Below are positions 29,090-39,426 of a stretch of DNA of 64,000 nucleotides, piece by piece. A model generated the notes under the pieces. It did not search any database. It saw only the letters and a program-made list of their open reading frames with translations, and had not been told where the DNA came from. Every line of letters begins with the position of its first letter. Positions within the stretch are counted from its first letter, which is position 1. The stretch is from positions 271-64,270 of the forward strand of contig MGHI01000026.1 in NCBI GenBank assembly GCA_001793155.1. The letters run 5' to 3'. The position numbers and the translations under genes were made by a program. The DNA comes from Candidatus Woesebacteria bacterium RIFCSPLOWO2_01_FULL_39_61. GTDB lineage: Bacteria > Patescibacteriota > Microgenomatia > UBA8517.

Positions 29090-30625
29090 CTAAAAATCAG
29101 GATCTTTTGGTCGATACTGCAGTGCCTCGGCTAAATGGTTGACGACGATTTGTTTTTCGTTAGCTAAATCAGCTATAGTTCGAGCGATTTTAATGACTTT
29201 AAAATAACTGCGGGCGGACAAATTCATTGAAGCCGTTGCGGATATCATCATTGTGCGACACTCGGGGGGAAGGGAGCAATAACTTTTAACGTCTCTTGTC
29301 GCCATTTCGGAATTTGATTTAATTTTCGTCCCTTTAAATCTTGCTATTTGAAAATCACGGGCTCTCTGTACTCTTTTTTGGATAATTTTTGAGGATTCTT
29401 TCTTCACATCCTTATCTTTCTCGACTAATTTTTGAGTTTCAACCGACGGAACATCTACGTGCAAATCTATTCTGTCTAAAATAGGACCGGAAACTCTTTT
29501 TTGATAACGAGAGATGGCTCCAGGTAGACATTTGCAGGCACGCTTGGAATCACCATAATAGCCACAGGGACAGGGATTGCTGGCGGAAACTAATAAAAAT
29601 TGTGCAGGATAAGTTACCGAACCTTTCGCCCGGGAAATCGTCACCACTCCATCCTCCATCGGTTGCCTGAGGGATTCCAGAACATGCCTTGGAAACTCTG
29701 GGAATTCGTCCAAAAACAAAACCCCTCGGTGGGCTAAAGACACTTCGCCGGGGGAAGGATTTGTACCTCCTCCGATTAAACCTATCCGGCTGGTAGTATG
29801 ATGAGGACTTCTAAAAGGACGGGTAGTAAAAATCGATTGCCCCTGCGGTAGATTACCGGTAATTGAATATATTTTTGTAACTTCCAATGCTTCGTCTTCC
29901 GTTAATGTCGGTAAAATCCCAGGCAGTGCCCGTGCGAGCATAGTTTTTCCACTACCCGGGGTTCCCTTCATAAAAATGTTGTGACCACCCGCCGCTGCGA
30001 TTTCCGCGGCTCTTTTTGCTTGTTCCTGACCGATAATTTCTCTAAAATCAAACTCCGCCTCTGTCGTTCTTAATAGTTCTGATAGTTTTGATTTTTGCGA
30101 AGGAAGAATTTTATTGGTGCCGTTGAACATTCGGATTAGTTCAAGAAGTGAACCAACGGCATAAACATCCACCTCCGAAACAATAGAAGCTTCCTTTTCA
30201 TTAACTTTAGGAATAAATATTTTTTTATATTTTTTTTCCTTTGCAAGATAAGCCATAGGTAAAATACCGTTTGTATGACGCAAACTTCCATCCAAGGAGA
30301 GCTCTCCAAAAAACAGACTGTCGGAAACATCCGGTGCAATTTGTCCCGAGGCAATCAGTATCCCTAATGCTATAGGAAGATCGTACGAAGGTCCTACTTT
30401 GGGTAAATCCGCTGGGGCGAGATTCACGGTTATTCTGGTTAGAGGAAAATCAGCCCCGGTATTTTTAATAGCTGAGCGCACCCTCTCTCTTGCTTCTTCC
30501 ACTGCCTTATCCGGTAATCCTACGATAGTGAGGCTGGGAAGACCTTGTTCGGCAACGTCTACTTCAACCTCAATTAAAGTTGCGGTCAGTCCAACGGCTG
30601 CCCCTGAAGTAATTTTTGCAAGCAT
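29090..30625 (-). CDS. comM: ComM/YifB Mg-chelatase-like AAA ATPase
   Basis: VGLPD.AV.E, NLAPADLPK, GTPGSGKTML, FLDEFPEF, NPCPCGY, EALQYR. Confidence 0.95.
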   Translation of the reverse strand: MLAKITSGAAVGLTATLIEVEVDVAEQGLPSLTIVGLPDKAVEEARERVRSAIKNTGADFPLTRITVNLAPADLPKVGPSYDLPIALGILIASGQIAPDVSDSLFFGELSLDGSLRHTNGILPMAYLAKEKKYKKIFIPKVNEKEASIVSEVDVYAVGSLLELIRMFNGTNKILPSQKSKLSELLRTTEAEFDFREIIGQEQAKRAAEIAAAGGHNIFMKGTPGSGKTMLARALPGILPTLTEDEALEVTKIYSITGNLPQGQSIFTTRPFRSPHHTTSRIGLIGGGTNPSPGEVSLAHRGVLFLDEFPEFPRHVLESLRQPMEDGVVTISRAKGSVTYPAQFLLVSASNPCPCGYYGDSKRACKCLPGAISRYQKRVSGPILDRIDLHVDVPSVETQKLVEKDKDVKKESSKIIQKRVQRARDFQIARFKGTKIKSNSEMATRDVKSYCSLPPECRTMMISATASMNLSARSYFKVIKIARTIADLANEKQIVVNHLAEALQYRPKDPDF

Positions 30626-30644
30626 CTACTATTACTATACTAAA

Positions 30645-30875
30645 CTAAAAAAGTAGAGTGTAGATAAAAACAAGAAGAAATATTATCAAAATTGCTGTAG
30701 TGTTAAATACCCACCTATATCTTTTAATTTTTCCCTCGTCGTCTTTTAAAAACTTTTTATATCCGCGATAAGATATCTCAACAACAAAAACACTAAAGGC
30801 AAGATATCCAATACTCGCTATTGTCCTAAAAACTGTAATTAGTTCTTCGATGGTAGATCTTGACATCGAACTCAC
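30645..30875 (-). CDS. Small two-TM protein
   Basis: Hydrophobic pattern; resembles 30872-31111. Confidence 0.55.
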   Translation of the reverse strand: MSSMSRSTIEELITVFRTIASIGYLAFSVFVVEISYRGYKKFLKDDEGKIKRYRWVFNTTAILIIFLLVFIYTLLF

Positions 30876-31111
30876 TTCAAAAAATCCCAGTGATCAAAAA
30901 TCAACGTAAAGGCGTAAAGAAATAATAAAAGCGGAATTATTCCTGAAATAACAAAAAGCCACCAAAACGACCTTGCCTTCTCTCGGAAAATTGTATTAAA
31001 GGCTTTGTGATTAATATTAATTACTAAAGTCGTCACCGCGATAAAACCAGTAATTGCACCATAGCGCACAAACTCTAAAAACTCTCTGGGAAACACATCC
31101 GGGTTAATCAT
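30872..31111 (-). CDS. Small two-TM protein
   Basis: Hydrophobic pattern; resembles 30645-30875. Confidence 0.6.
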   Translation of the reverse strand: MINPDVFPREFLEFVRYGAITGFIAVTTLVININHKAFNTIFREKARSFWWLFVISGIIPLLLFLYAFTLIFDHWDFLK

Positions 31112-31216
31112 TAGTTTGATTTTCTCACAAACAAATTCTCAACTCAAACCTCAAACAGTTGCGAATTTGAATCAATTCTTGCTTCGATTAAAAAAATTTG
31201 TCATGCTGAAAGATAT

Positions 31217-32854
31217 ATGAAGCTACCCGAACTGGAAGAACCAGTTGCCTATTTTTGTAGCGAATTTGCACTAGATAATGAACTTCCTATATATTCCGGT
31301 GGGCTTGGTATACTCGCCGCGGACATACTAAACGCCGCCGCCTTACAACATTACCCAATGGTCGGAATAGGAATTCTCTATAAGGGTAAGGAGTTCATGC
31401 AGCATATAACCGCTGACGGAAAGGAAGAAAAACGCGATTCAGAATTTGATCACGATACTTCATTTTTAAGACCGACGACTGTAAACGGTGAAACCATAGT
31501 TTTTACCCTGCCTTTGGAAAACCAGGAAGTTAAAGTAAAATCCTATCACTTTAGACTTTCGGATAAAACGATTGTTTTTCTTCTATCAACAGACATCGAT
31601 GGAAATCCTCCCGAGTGGATTAATGACATGAATAAGCTTTATGGCGGAGATATGAACAGCCAATTGCGACAACAAATACTTCTGGGAGTGGGTGGAGTTA
31701 TGTTATTAAATACACTAGGAATCAGACCGCGAAAATATCACATAAACGAAGGAAGATCGGCATTTCTTATTTTCGAAGAAACCCATATCCTGATGAAAGA
31801 GGAAGACCTTTCTTTTGAAGCGGCCTGGGCGAAAGCTAAACAAAAAATTGTCTATACCAACCATACTCTGATAGCTGCAGGAAATCCTACTTACTCGCCG
31901 GAGTTGGTTAAGGATTGGATAAAATCTATTGCCAATAAGCTCGGTGTGGAAACCGAATCGCTTATTAAATATGGACTTCAAGATTCTCAATCTTTTAGCA
32001 TTACCCTTTTTGCTCTCAATACTTCTGCAAAACAATCTGCCGTCAGCAAAGTTCATGGCGAATATGCCCGAAGGGATTGGCCTGACTATAACTGGATAGC
32101 TATAACCAATGGTGTACACCTTCACCGCTGGCAGGATAGTGATTATCGGCACCCAGATCTAACCGATCAGGAATTATGGAGTGAGCATTTGGTCAAGAAA
32201 CAAGAATTGGTAGACTCGGTAATAAAACGCACAGGATTTGGGTTTGATCATAAAAGACTTATCATCTCTTGGGCAAGAAGACTGGCTGAATATAAACAAC
32301 CAACCGCGATATTTTCCGACATTCAAAGGTTAAAAAGGATACTTTCTAATCCCGACCGTCCGGCTCAACTTCTTTTCGCGGGAAACTCTCACTCCGCTGA
32401 TCCTAATGCGAAATCCATCATCGAAAATATAATTAAAATTTTTTCTAAAGATCTATCAGGTTACGCAATTTTTGTCCCGAACTATAATATATCTTTGGCC
32501 AACCATCTCGTCTCCGGAAGCGATATCTGGCTAAATACTCCCAAAGGCACGCTGGAAGCTTCGGGCACCTCGGGCATGAAGGCTCTTGCCAATGGAGTTT
32601 TAAATTGCACTGTCATAGACGGCTGGACCTATGAAGTCGACTGGACGGATATAGGTTGGACACTTGACCCCAAAAATATAGCCGAGAGTTTCTATAATAC
32701 TCTTGAAAATGAAATTCTCCCTTTATATTACAAAAGGGGCGCCGACGGACTTCCTTATGATTGGATAAAGAGAATGAAAAAGTCTATAGAGATTTCGCCG
32801 AAATTTTCTGCCGAAAGGGTACTTGAAGATTATAAGAAGTATTTATATAGTTAA
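31217..32854 (+). CDS. glgP: Alpha-glucan phosphorylase (compact form)
   Basis: YSGGLGILA.D, HINEG, ITNGVH, ARR..YK, EASGTSGMK (PLP Lys). Confidence 0.92.
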   Translation: MKLPELEEPVAYFCSEFALDNELPIYSGGLGILAADILNAAALQHYPMVGIGILYKGKEFMQHITADGKEEKRDSEFDHDTSFLRPTTVNGETIVFTLPLENQEVKVKSYHFRLSDKTIVFLLSTDIDGNPPEWINDMNKLYGGDMNSQLRQQILLGVGGVMLLNTLGIRPRKYHINEGRSAFLIFEETHILMKEEDLSFEAAWAKAKQKIVYTNHTLIAAGNPTYSPELVKDWIKSIANKLGVETESLIKYGLQDSQSFSITLFALNTSAKQSAVSKVHGEYARRDWPDYNWIAITNGVHLHRWQDSDYRHPDLTDQELWSEHLVKKQELVDSVIKRTGFGFDHKRLIISWARRLAEYKQPTAIFSDIQRLKRILSNPDRPAQLLFAGNSHSADPNAKSIIENIIKIFSKDLSGYAIFVPNYNISLANHLVSGSDIWLNTPKGTLEASGTSGMKALANGVLNCTVIDGWTYEVDWTDIGWTLDPKNIAESFYNTLENEILPLYYKRGADGLPYDWIKRMKKSIEISPKFSAERVLEDYKKYLYS

Positions 32855-33282
32855 CTGCCTCTCCCAAGATATTTTTTAACCTTCTCTACAACCTGTTCCG
32901 GGGTTTGCATCGCTTTAACCAAATATTCCTTTACACCGAGTTTTAAGGCCCTTTGTCTTTCCTCCTCTTCCGCCAGGTTGGTGAGGGCAACAACCGGGAT
33001 ATTTACTCCCTTGGCATTTTGTCTCAAGTGTTCCAAAAAATCAGTGCCGGACATTCGGGGCAACATGATGTCCAAGAGAATAATATCCACCTGATTTTTC
33101 AAAGAGACGTCTAAAGCTTCTTCCCCGTCTTTTGCGTTGAGGACTTTAAACCCCTCAAAAGTAAATTTCTCGGTGTACATCTTTAAAAGAACCGGGTCGT
33201 CTTCGACTATCAAAATTACTTGTTGGTTTTTATCAACAGCTGGTTGTACCTGTTGGTCAGTGGGCGGTTGTGTGTTATCCAT
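32851..33282 (-). CDS. Single-domain response regulator (receiver only)
   Basis: ILIVEDD, LLDIMLP, LTN, YLVK. Confidence 0.92.
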   Translation of the reverse strand: MDNTQPPTDQQVQPAVDKNQQVILIVEDDPVLLKMYTEKFTFEGFKVLNAKDGEEALDVSLKNQVDIILLDIMLPRMSGTDFLEHLRQNAKGVNIPVVALTNLAEEEERQRALKLGVKEYLVKAMQTPEQVVEKVKKYLGRGS

Positions 33283-33400
33283 ATTTAACTCACTTAATCT
33301 TAAGTAAAATCGTTCTCTTTTTCAAACTGTAAAAAATTAACTTGAACAATGTTACCATACTATTATCCCTTGTTCGGGTTAAATTAGCACTACCATAATA

Positions 33401-33509
33401 TTATAGAAAATTTCAAGAAGACCACGGGCTTCAGCCCGTGGATGAATTGAACTTTTATATGTCATCCTCCTTAGGGAAACCCCGCCTTTTAAGGCGGGGA
33501 GGATGTCAT
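33401..33509 (+). mobile_element. Family-1 IS200/IS605-like palindromic element, copy C
   Basis: CCACGGGCTTCAGCCCGTGG-ATGAAT and AAACCCCGCCTTTTAAGGCGGGGAGGATGTCA resemble typical IS605-family left and right ends; no transposase between them. Confidence 0.75.
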
Positions 33510-33564
33510 TAATCTTGTCTTTTTATTTTAACTTCGAGTACAATTGACTTAGGAAACGGTATTT

Positions 33565-34185
33565 ATGAAAAAAATACAAATTATTTTAGTTATTTTAGCT
33601 TCCACCACTCTTCTTTTTCTTTTTAAAAATAAAGTTTTGGCTTCGGATGGAACTGTTGAGCTGAGAAGCACTCAAGGAACGGATTCGCGTTGCTTCGCTG
33701 CATCTTTGCTAATGGAGGATTTGGCTTATACGATATTAGTAAGCTGTAGAGATCTAATTTATCCGGGAGAATTCGGGCTTATTAATTATGCCCTCTGGGC
33801 TCAACCCACGGACGGAACTAGCACGGTTTTTCTGGGATTGCTCGGTTACGGAAAGTCTACCGTCAGAATCGCTAAACCTTTCAATAGTTTATTTGTGACC
33901 ATTGAAAGCCAAATTGGGGCTACTCCGACTGGTAGGGTGGTAATGCGGGGAAATGTTTCACCGGTAACTTTCTTGGATAGACCGACTACAGCAACTCCTA
34001 CACCCGGCGAGGAAACAAAACAGGGTGAAGAACAAACACAAGAAGGCGAACAGGAACAAGAGCAACAACCTCAATCCACAAGAGACAAACTTTTCCTTGC
34101 CTTAAGGCGCGCGGGCATTGCGGCACTCATCGCACTTGTAGCCTTAATCGGATTAATCTTCGTAGTCACCAGAGCAAGAGGATAA
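33565..34185 (+). CDS. Secreted/membrane hypothetical protein with C-terminal TM
   Basis: Signal peptide, two Cys, Q/E-rich linker, TM anchor. Confidence 0.75.
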   Translation: MKKIQIILVILASTTLLFLFKNKVLASDGTVELRSTQGTDSRCFAASLLMEDLAYTILVSCRDLIYPGEFGLINYALWAQPTDGTSTVFLGLLGYGKSTVRIAKPFNSLFVTIESQIGATPTGRVVMRGNVSPVTFLDRPTTATPTPGEETKQGEEQTQEGEQEQEQQPQSTRDKLFLALRRAGIAALIALVALIGLIFVVTRARG

Positions 34186-34192
34186 TTAATTG

Positions 34193-35764
34193 CTATTCTG
34201 CCAAGGATAATTCAAACCAAAAGATACTTCCTTTACCAGCTTCGGAATCAACGCCAATTTTACCGTTAAATTTCTCCACCAAAAGTCTTGAAATATAAAG
34301 CCCTAAACCGGTTCCTGTAGTTTTTCCAACATTGGTTTCAACTCTGTGGAATTTTTGAAAAAGCTTTTGCTGTTCTTCCTTGGAGATTCCCGGACCGGTA
34401 TCAACCACCTCGCAGCGGACAGTAGTCGCATCCGGTTGGGAAAGTCGGAGAATAACCGACCCTTGGTCGGTATACTTTATGGCATTACTCAAAAAATTTC
34501 CTATTACTTCCTGAATTCTGTCAGGATCAACTTTGACTCTATCTTTAATTTCGTTTGGAATTTCTAACTCGTACTTTAGACCCTTTCTCTGCGCCTCAGG
34601 AGCAAACTGACTAAACACCGCCCGTGCTGCTTGCGACAAATTCTCTACTTCAACTTGATAAACCATTCTTCCTTCCTCAATCCTGGAAACATTGAGCATG
34701 TTATTAACAAGCCTAACCAGCCTGTCGGTAATATTATTGGCGTCGGCCAAAAAACCACGGGCTTTTTCGGGAATGTCTCCAGTATCCCCCTCCATAACCA
34801 TCGAGACGTACCCCTTTATAGCCGTCATCGGCGCACGAAGCTCATGTGCAGCCATGGAAATAAATGTATCTTTCTGAGCATCAAGGACTTTAAGCCTCTC
34901 AGTTAATTCCGCAAGTTTCTGTCTTTGTTTGACCTCATCCATCACACTCTTTACCAACAAAATCCCAAAAAGAACAACCATAGCAAAAGTAAAAATATCA
35001 ACTAAAGCTTCCGAAAAGGAGCGGGCTAAAAATATTCTGGAAAATAAAACTACCCAAATCACTGTAGTTAAAATTTGTGCCGCTAAGATTTTAATCTTAA
35101 AAAGCTCGTGTTTAACGATGGCATAGGTTACTGATGCAACGAGAATAATGGTAAATAGTGGCCCGGATGGAACTAAGGAAGTTATATTAAAGAAATTAAC
35201 AAGCACGAAATTCGTGATCGTTGCAAGTATAAAAGTTACCGATATTCCGCCAATCAGGAATTTAAGTTGAGATTTCTCTTTGCCTTCACTGACTCGGAAT
35301 TTACGGTAGAGGGTATAAATAGTTAAACCCAAAAATAAAAAGACGTTAAGCGCAAAAAGAGGTAAGGCTGGACCTGGAATCGGAGCAACAAGACCATTTT
35401 TAATTTCCACACTTACAAAAACAAAGGATAAACCAACTAATATTTGAATTGTTAATACAAAAACTATAATTGCAAATAATACTTTTTTTGAAAGGGTAAG
35501 TTGTTCATATGGAAACGCTTTTGAGAGTAAAAAAAGTGTAGGAAACATTGCAGCAGTTAGTATCATAATTACCTTCAGCCAGATAAAAACTACTGAAAGC
35601 GGATAATTCTGTACAGAAAAGTAATTACTCAAAGCCCAGAAAGATAATATTATAGTCAGGATAAAAAATATTTTGTTAGTTGCACTTTTCCGGTTACTTA
35701 CAAAAGATGTAAAGCCTAAAAGTAGGTTACTTATAATAACGATAAGTGTTAAAATAAGAAGCAT
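34193..35764 (-). CDS. Sensor histidine kinase with multi-TM (HisKA_7TM-like) input domain
   Basis: About nine TM helices including YAIVKHELF; MAAHELRAP, NAIKYT, DTGPGI, GTGLGL. Confidence 0.93.
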   Translation of the reverse strand: MLLILTLIVIISNLLLGFTSFVSNRKSATNKIFFILTIILSFWALSNYFSVQNYPLSVVFIWLKVIMILTAAMFPTLFLLSKAFPYEQLTLSKKVLFAIIVFVLTIQILVGLSFVFVSVEIKNGLVAPIPGPALPLFALNVFLFLGLTIYTLYRKFRVSEGKEKSQLKFLIGGISVTFILATITNFVLVNFFNITSLVPSGPLFTIILVASVTYAIVKHELFKIKILAAQILTTVIWVVLFSRIFLARSFSEALVDIFTFAMVVLFGILLVKSVMDEVKQRQKLAELTERLKVLDAQKDTFISMAAHELRAPMTAIKGYVSMVMEGDTGDIPEKARGFLADANNITDRLVRLVNNMLNVSRIEEGRMVYQVEVENLSQAARAVFSQFAPEAQRKGLKYELEIPNEIKDRVKVDPDRIQEVIGNFLSNAIKYTDQGSVILRLSQPDATTVRCEVVDTGPGISKEEQQKLFQKFHRVETNVGKTTGTGLGLYISRLLVEKFNGKIGVDSEAGKGSIFWFELSLAE

Positions 35765-35814
35765 ATTTTCATTGTACCTCCTAAATCAGAAAAATAAACT
35801 GCTCAAAAGTAAAC

Positions 35815-36978
35815 TTGCAATATAATTTTGACTATTTTGAATCTCAAAATATGGGCGGTGAATTTCTACAAAAACGCACAGTATCAAGGGCTTGGCCTTC
35901 GGTTGAGATTCATGCTATTCAGTATAATTCTGACAATTATTCAGCTTGGGAAATTGAACCGTTAAAAGACTTCGAAGAGAAAACTTGGAGAGAAACTGCC
36001 AAACATTTGGTTGGTTGGGCCACCCTTGCACCGAGCGCGCACAATAAACAGCCATGGATCGTGCAATTAGACGAAAACGAAAGACACCTGTTGATACAGC
36101 CAGATCCTGGTGAGATTGGAGCAGCTTCGGACAAAGAAGGCAGACAAACACACGTGGGTATTGGATGTTTTGTCGCGAATTTATCTCTCGCTATGGGATC
36201 ATACGATATACCGGTAACTTATAAGTTGATAGAATCTCGAAATCAAAAAAAAGACATTGCATCAGTAGTATTTGATTTGAGAGACATCCAAAAAGGACAT
36301 CTGAAAAATCCCCAAGTGTTAGAATACCTCCGTATGAGACGAGCCTATCGAGGACCGTTTGTCGAAGGTTTTGATTTACCAGAACCTTTACTGCGACAAA
36401 TGGAAGAAATAAGCGAAAATGAAGGGGTAACCTTACGGATAATACGTGATCAGGGAAGAAAAAATCTTTTAGGTAAAGCCCAAGCGTTGGCAGATATGGC
36501 GGTACTTAAAATTCCCGCCTTCCGAAACGAATTAGCCAGCCATCTGGTTGTAAACGATTCTACTCAAACAAAGGTTATGCCGGGAAATACGTTTGGGTTA
36601 AATGACCAGGAAGCCCGAGAAGTGCATGATGCGCTTAGCTCATCTGCGCAGATGCCTGGTCATTTTGCTGCCGGATTTCCAAGATCTGACCAGGAAGGTG
36701 TAATAAAATCATCCGCAGTCCTAGTAATATTGGCTGACGAAAAGAAACCTCAATATTTTGTTCGATCGGGTGTTGCTCTCGAAAAATTATGGCTTTATGC
36801 ACAAGCCAACGGATTAGGAGTACGTATTATGGCGGGTATGATCGAAAGTCCTTTACATAACCTGGGATTAAAAAAAATATTGGGTGAAAAGTCAAAACAA
36901 CCGACGGTGTTAGCTTGTGTTGGACTGCCAGAAAAGGATACCTGGCCTAAATCTCCCCGAGAACAAATCATCTTTTAG
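35815..36978 (+). CDS. Acg-type two-lobed FMN nitroreductase/oxidase
   Basis: ATLAPSAHNKQPW, IGCFVANL, RRAYRGPF, G..LEKLWL.A...GL; likely start ATG 35851. Confidence 0.88.
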   Translation: MQYNFDYFESQNMGGEFLQKRTVSRAWPSVEIHAIQYNSDNYSAWEIEPLKDFEEKTWRETAKHLVGWATLAPSAHNKQPWIVQLDENERHLLIQPDPGEIGAASDKEGRQTHVGIGCFVANLSLAMGSYDIPVTYKLIESRNQKKDIASVVFDLRDIQKGHLKNPQVLEYLRMRRAYRGPFVEGFDLPEPLLRQMEEISENEGVTLRIIRDQGRKNLLGKAQALADMAVLKIPAFRNELASHLVVNDSTQTKVMPGNTFGLNDQEAREVHDALSSSAQMPGHFAAGFPRSDQEGVIKSSAVLVILADEKKPQYFVRSGVALEKLWLYAQANGLGVRIMAGMIESPLHNLGLKKILGEKSKQPTVLACVGLPEKDTWPKSPREQIIF

Positions 36979-38440
36979 TGGTTTCTGTGTGATGACCAGA
37001 TGTTTGAATCGCGGTTTCCCCCTTTTCATCGTCATACAGTTCCCTATATACATTTCCGGACCGGTCAATATGTGTTAATTCGACTCGAAAATCCGAGTCT
37101 ACCAAAATCGCCTCATGTGTCATGGTACCTTCAAAGGGTCTTTGAGTATCTCTTGTTAAAACCCACGTATCAAAATACTTTCTTTGATATTCTGTAATTT
37201 GAGTGCCTGAGCGAAGATCCACGAAGTGTCTGTTTGGCTGTTCCCATCCTAATAGAACCGAAGCCATGTGCAAAGCAGTGTGACTGGCGCCTCCTTCGGA
37301 CGCTATGGAAGTCTGGGGAATTCCCTTTGTAAAAGGAGTTCGATTTCTTTGATTTATAAAATCAGCGAACTCGGGATCATTTTTCCAGTGATTGCCCACC
37401 AGCGAAAATGCAAAATCGAAGAATAACTCTCTATTTGCGGGATTATTTTTCCATGCGTCCCTTGCTGCTAAGAGCTGTCCATCGCTCATACCAATTGCCA
37501 AAGGAAAATCAGATATCCTATCATACGGAAAATATTCAACCTGGAATGTTTTACCAAAATCGGTTAGTCGCCATAGGGGTATTCCACTCTCTTTGCATAT
37601 TTTTCCTACATCAATTTTTCTGTCGGGATCATCACACACCTCAACTGCCATGGTTACTGGCGGTTCACCCAGACTTTCGTTACCTAACATAAAATCTGAT
37701 ATGTTTTTTGGATAAACTCCAACTGAATAGACGGATACAGGAAGCCACGGATCCGTGGCGTGAATTTGTTTTGCAGCGACCTCCGCTTTGTTCTGATTTA
37801 AATCCGCATAACCAAATCGGACCCTATTTCTATTCGCGTCATCAAAAACATCCGGATCGGCTACTTTCATCCAGGAAGGTAAAAGCACATCCCGTGTTCT
37901 TTCAAAAATATTCATTCCGACACTGCCTCCTACAACACCGATAACCTGATTTCCTAAAAGTTCTCTTTGTTTTTCCCAAGAAATATTTTGTTCGGGATCT
38001 TTGAGTTGAATTTCATTTCTTGCCAGCCAGGCTAACAGTTTTAAGTCTCTTGGCGCAAACCAAACCAAGTCGTTTCTTTCAGGATAGTAAACAAGCTCCC
38101 CATATCTAAGTCTACGAATTTCACCTCCACTCTCTATTAAAGCTTCCTCGTACTTGTCTTTCTCGCTATTAAATACCTCTTCATATGAGGATCCCGGTGT
38201 AAGATTTCCCAAGAGAGCATTAATCGTCGGCTCTATACGATCAAGTTGTCTATCTGGAGATATTTTTATCTGTTCACCAGCCGGAAGAGTGATAATCGCA
38301 TTACCGGTTCGAGTCCATCTCACTTTATCTGAATCAACAGCTTCATTAACCGAACCTAAAATGAAAGGCTTGGCGGAATAGTTTAAATAAGGATTCTCTA
38401 AACTTGGGGCAAGCTCGGTTCCACTTTCAACTATAGACAT
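36968..38440 (-). CDS. ThiF/E1-like adenylyltransferase (Rv1355c-like)
   Basis: VYYP, RN...., IGVVGGSVG, ADPDVFDDANRNR, NKAEVAAKQI...DPW, VEVCDD, PQ. Confidence 0.88.
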   Translation of the reverse strand: MSIVESGTELAPSLENPYLNYSAKPFILGSVNEAVDSDKVRWTRTGNAIITLPAGEQIKISPDRQLDRIEPTINALLGNLTPGSSYEEVFNSEKDKYEEALIESGGEIRRLRYGELVYYPERNDLVWFAPRDLKLLAWLARNEIQLKDPEQNISWEKQRELLGNQVIGVVGGSVGMNIFERTRDVLLPSWMKVADPDVFDDANRNRVRFGYADLNQNKAEVAAKQIHATDPWLPVSVYSVGVYPKNISDFMLGNESLGEPPVTMAVEVCDDPDRKIDVGKICKESGIPLWRLTDFGKTFQVEYFPYDRISDFPLAIGMSDGQLLAARDAWKNNPANRELFFDFAFSLVGNHWKNDPEFADFINQRNRTPFTKGIPQTSIASEGGASHTALHMASVLLGWEQPNRHFVDLRSGTQITEYQRKYFDTWVLTRDTQRPFEGTMTHEAILVDSDFRVELTHIDRSGNVYRELYDDEKGETAIQTSGHHTETTKR

Positions 38441-38442
38441 AA

Positions 38443-39339
38443 TTAGTCAGAAACGGTCCAGGGAGCAAGATAAACTCTGGGTTGCTGGGAAGGATCTCCC
38501 TTAGGAAACCAATATTCTTTAAATTTATTTCTTATTCCAGTAGCATACTCACTTTCACTGGGCACAACCCCCTGTATTTCAACAGGGTTAATTCCGGATG
38601 ACACAACAAAATCTTCAACATGGGGAGCAAGAATAAAATAGGGATGGGTTACCCCACGATTTCTCAAGAGAGTCATTCCTTCCGGCCACATTTTTCTAAG
38701 TAACTCTCCTTTAAATTCTCTTGCCTTGTTACGCAGGTCACTATTTTCATTCCCACCAATAAAATCAAAAACAGGATGTAAACTAAACCTTGCAAGTTCA
38801 CCAGGCTGATTTGCAGTGACACCGTTTGTCGGAATCTCGGCTACATGCGGCCATTTATACGGATCCACGTTTTCAAATAATCTGAAAATATCCAAATCTT
38901 CACCGTGCACTACTCTGAAAGTTGCAAGCACAACACTTTCTTCACCAAGCTGATATTCTGCAAGAATAATTTTTGAATTTCCCTGAAAATCAAAGCTATC
39001 GGTGGCCATATCAATAACTTCCCCGCCATTTTTTACATACCTGGAGTTATAGGCAAAGTTAACTACGTCAGCAGATTGTTCACCCAAGGAAGACGTCCGA
39101 TCAACAGCTTTCAAATTGACTTTCGACGAAGTCAAAGTGACTTCTTTTTCCAATACAGGGGAAATTAATCTATCAAGTAAAACGAAAAGATCAGTTCCTT
39201 CGTATTTCTCTTTAAACCTTTCGTACATTGATCGGACATCTGCTAATGTTAAAGTTTTCTGGCCTGTAGATGACAACTGGTCTAAAATTTCATCAGGCGA
39301 AACGGGCCTTCCTAGATGCCTATCAATTTCGAGCGTCAT
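38443..39339 (-). CDS. GNAT-fold N-acyl amino acid synthase-like protein (FeeM/OxzA/LuxI-like fold)
   Basis: AY..RYV, D.FD, LATFRVV, GELARFSLHP motifs; 2 bp from the ThiF start; start at ATG 39339. Confidence 0.65.
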   Translation of the reverse strand: MTLEIDRHLGRPVSPDEILDQLSSTGQKTLTLADVRSMYERFKEKYEGTDLFVLLDRLISPVLEKEVTLTSSKVNLKAVDRTSSLGEQSADVVNFAYNSRYVKNGGEVIDMATDSFDFQGNSKIILAEYQLGEESVVLATFRVVHGEDLDIFRLFENVDPYKWPHVAEIPTNGVTANQPGELARFSLHPVFDFIGGNENSDLRNKAREFKGELLRKMWPEGMTLLRNRGVTHPYFILAPHVEDFVVSSGINPVEIQGVVPSESEYATGIRNKFKEYWFPKGDPSQQPRVYLAPWTVSD

Positions 39340-39345
39340 AATAAT

Positions 39346-39371
39346 AAAAAAAACCGCCAACGTCGGCGGTT
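39346..39371 (-). terminator. Intrinsic terminator/attenuator just upstream of the GNAT gene
   Basis: AACCGCCGACGTTGGCGGTT stem-loop running into a T8 tract, ending 6 nt before ATG. Confidence 0.75.
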
Positions 39372-39426
39372 ATAACTCGGAAGTTAATCCGAAAAAAACA
39401 AAAGGTGTAAAAAAAATAATTTCCAC
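39370..39426 (-). CDS. Putative Phe-rich leader peptide MEIIFFTPFVFFGLTSEL (18 aa)
   Basis: GTG start, TAA stop overlapping the terminator stem, extended -10 TGCTAAAAT at 39442-39450. Confidence 0.4.
   Translation of the reverse strand: MEIIFFTPFVFFGLTSEL

Noticed and set aside
31217-32854. Short glgP as a pseudogene
   Set aside because: Continuous frame with all catalytic and PLP motifs intact
33460-33530. Functional TnpB omegaRNA guide
   Set aside because: Only ~50 nt of right-end sequence and no tnpB in the window
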